Shown one piece after another: positions 5,689-5,965 of a DNA stretch of 5,965 nt. The notes under the pieces were generated by a model. That model did no database searches. It was not told the DNA's origin and was given only the letters and a program-made list of their open reading frames with translations. This DNA is from a virus (lineage: Duplodnaviria > Heunggongvirae > Uroviricota > Caudoviricetes). Location: the IMG/VR virus record IMGVR_UViG_3300029157_000020. One strand, given 5' to 3'. The translations under genes and the position numbers were made by a program. Each line of letters starts with the position of its first letter. The stretch's first letter is position 1.

Positions 5689-5965
5689 TCAGGTTTGGGG
5701 TGAAATTTCTTTTCTTTTAAATGCAAAATTCTCTATGGACTTTCTTATATAGTTCATTGGTGTTTCGCATAGATAAAACATTAGCATCCCAAGCGCAATG
5801 CTCATAATAGTATTTGCAAAAATAGTTTCAACTGGCCCTCCATAGATATTTTGATTATTAGTAAGGAAAAGCCAATGATATAGATAAATAGAAAAACTGT
5901 ATTTGCCTATAAATCTGAATGCTTTGTTACTAAAAAAAACAGCTGAGTATCCAGATGTGTTACAT
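5689..5965 (-). CDS. Second acyltransferase family 3 protein, C-terminal 92 codons (5' end beyond window)
   Basis: My reverse-complement translation, which is not in the supplied ORF track because it lacks a start within the window: CNTSGYSAVFFSNKAFRFIGKYSFSIYLYHWLFLTNNQNIYGGPVETIFANTIMSIALGMLMFYLCETPMNYIRKSIENFAFKRKEISPQT*, stop at complement of 5689-5691. FIGKYSFSIYLYHW is the characteristic C-terminal acyltransferase_3 motif. The sequence is distinct from the 1247-2352 pseudogene. AT-rich. Confidence 0.7.
   Translation of the reverse strand, partial: CNTSGYSAVFFSNKAFRFIGKYSFSIYLYHWLFLTNNQNIYGGPVETIFANTIMSIALGMLMFYLCETPMNYIRKSIENFAFKRKEISPQT

Noticed and set aside
1-5965. CRISPR array, rRNA, or integrase/recombinase gene
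   Set aside because: No short direct repeats with regular spacers, no rRNA-like sequence, and no ORF with tyrosine- or serine-recombinase motifs were seen in any frame.

Overview
This 5,965-bp window is a mosaic accessory region of enterobacterial type (IS content typical of E. coli/Shigella), from a draft assembly with a 10-N gap at 5617-5626. It reads as a junkyard of mobile DNA and decaying prophage or island cargo, with no intact housekeeping operon. From left to right: (1) the right end of IS30 (transposase C-terminus and terminal inverted repeat, 1-121), inserted into (2) an IS3-family, IS911-like orfB that is also frameshifted (122-1019), followed by (3) a C-terminal remnant of an IS200/IS605-family TnpA with hairpins (about 1042-1246); (4) an AT-rich acyltransferase-3 (OafA/Oac-like) gene on the minus strand, inactivated by a frameshift and an in-frame TAA (1247-2352); (5) a DinI-family gene (2751-3017, minus) divergent from a 79-aa ORF of no recognisable family (3118-3357, plus), with a perfect CTGT-N8-ACAG LexA box in the shared intergenic region; (6) a bidirectional terminator and the 3' 50 nt of a tRNA-Pro(GGG) gene (3782-3831, minus), consistent with an integration-site scar; (7) an AT-rich 137-aa hypothetical ORF (3859-4272, minus); (8) an orphan phage tail-fiber assembly (Tfa) gene (4747-5151, plus) with no tail-fiber gene upstream; (9) beyond the gap, the C-terminus of a second acyltransferase-3 gene (5689-5965, minus). 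The most interesting candidate is the LexA-box-centred DinI-like / 79-aa module beside a tRNA-scar island boundary, which may be an SOS-triggered prophage antirepressor-type switch. All family assignments come from reading translations by eye and from memory; no database search was possible.
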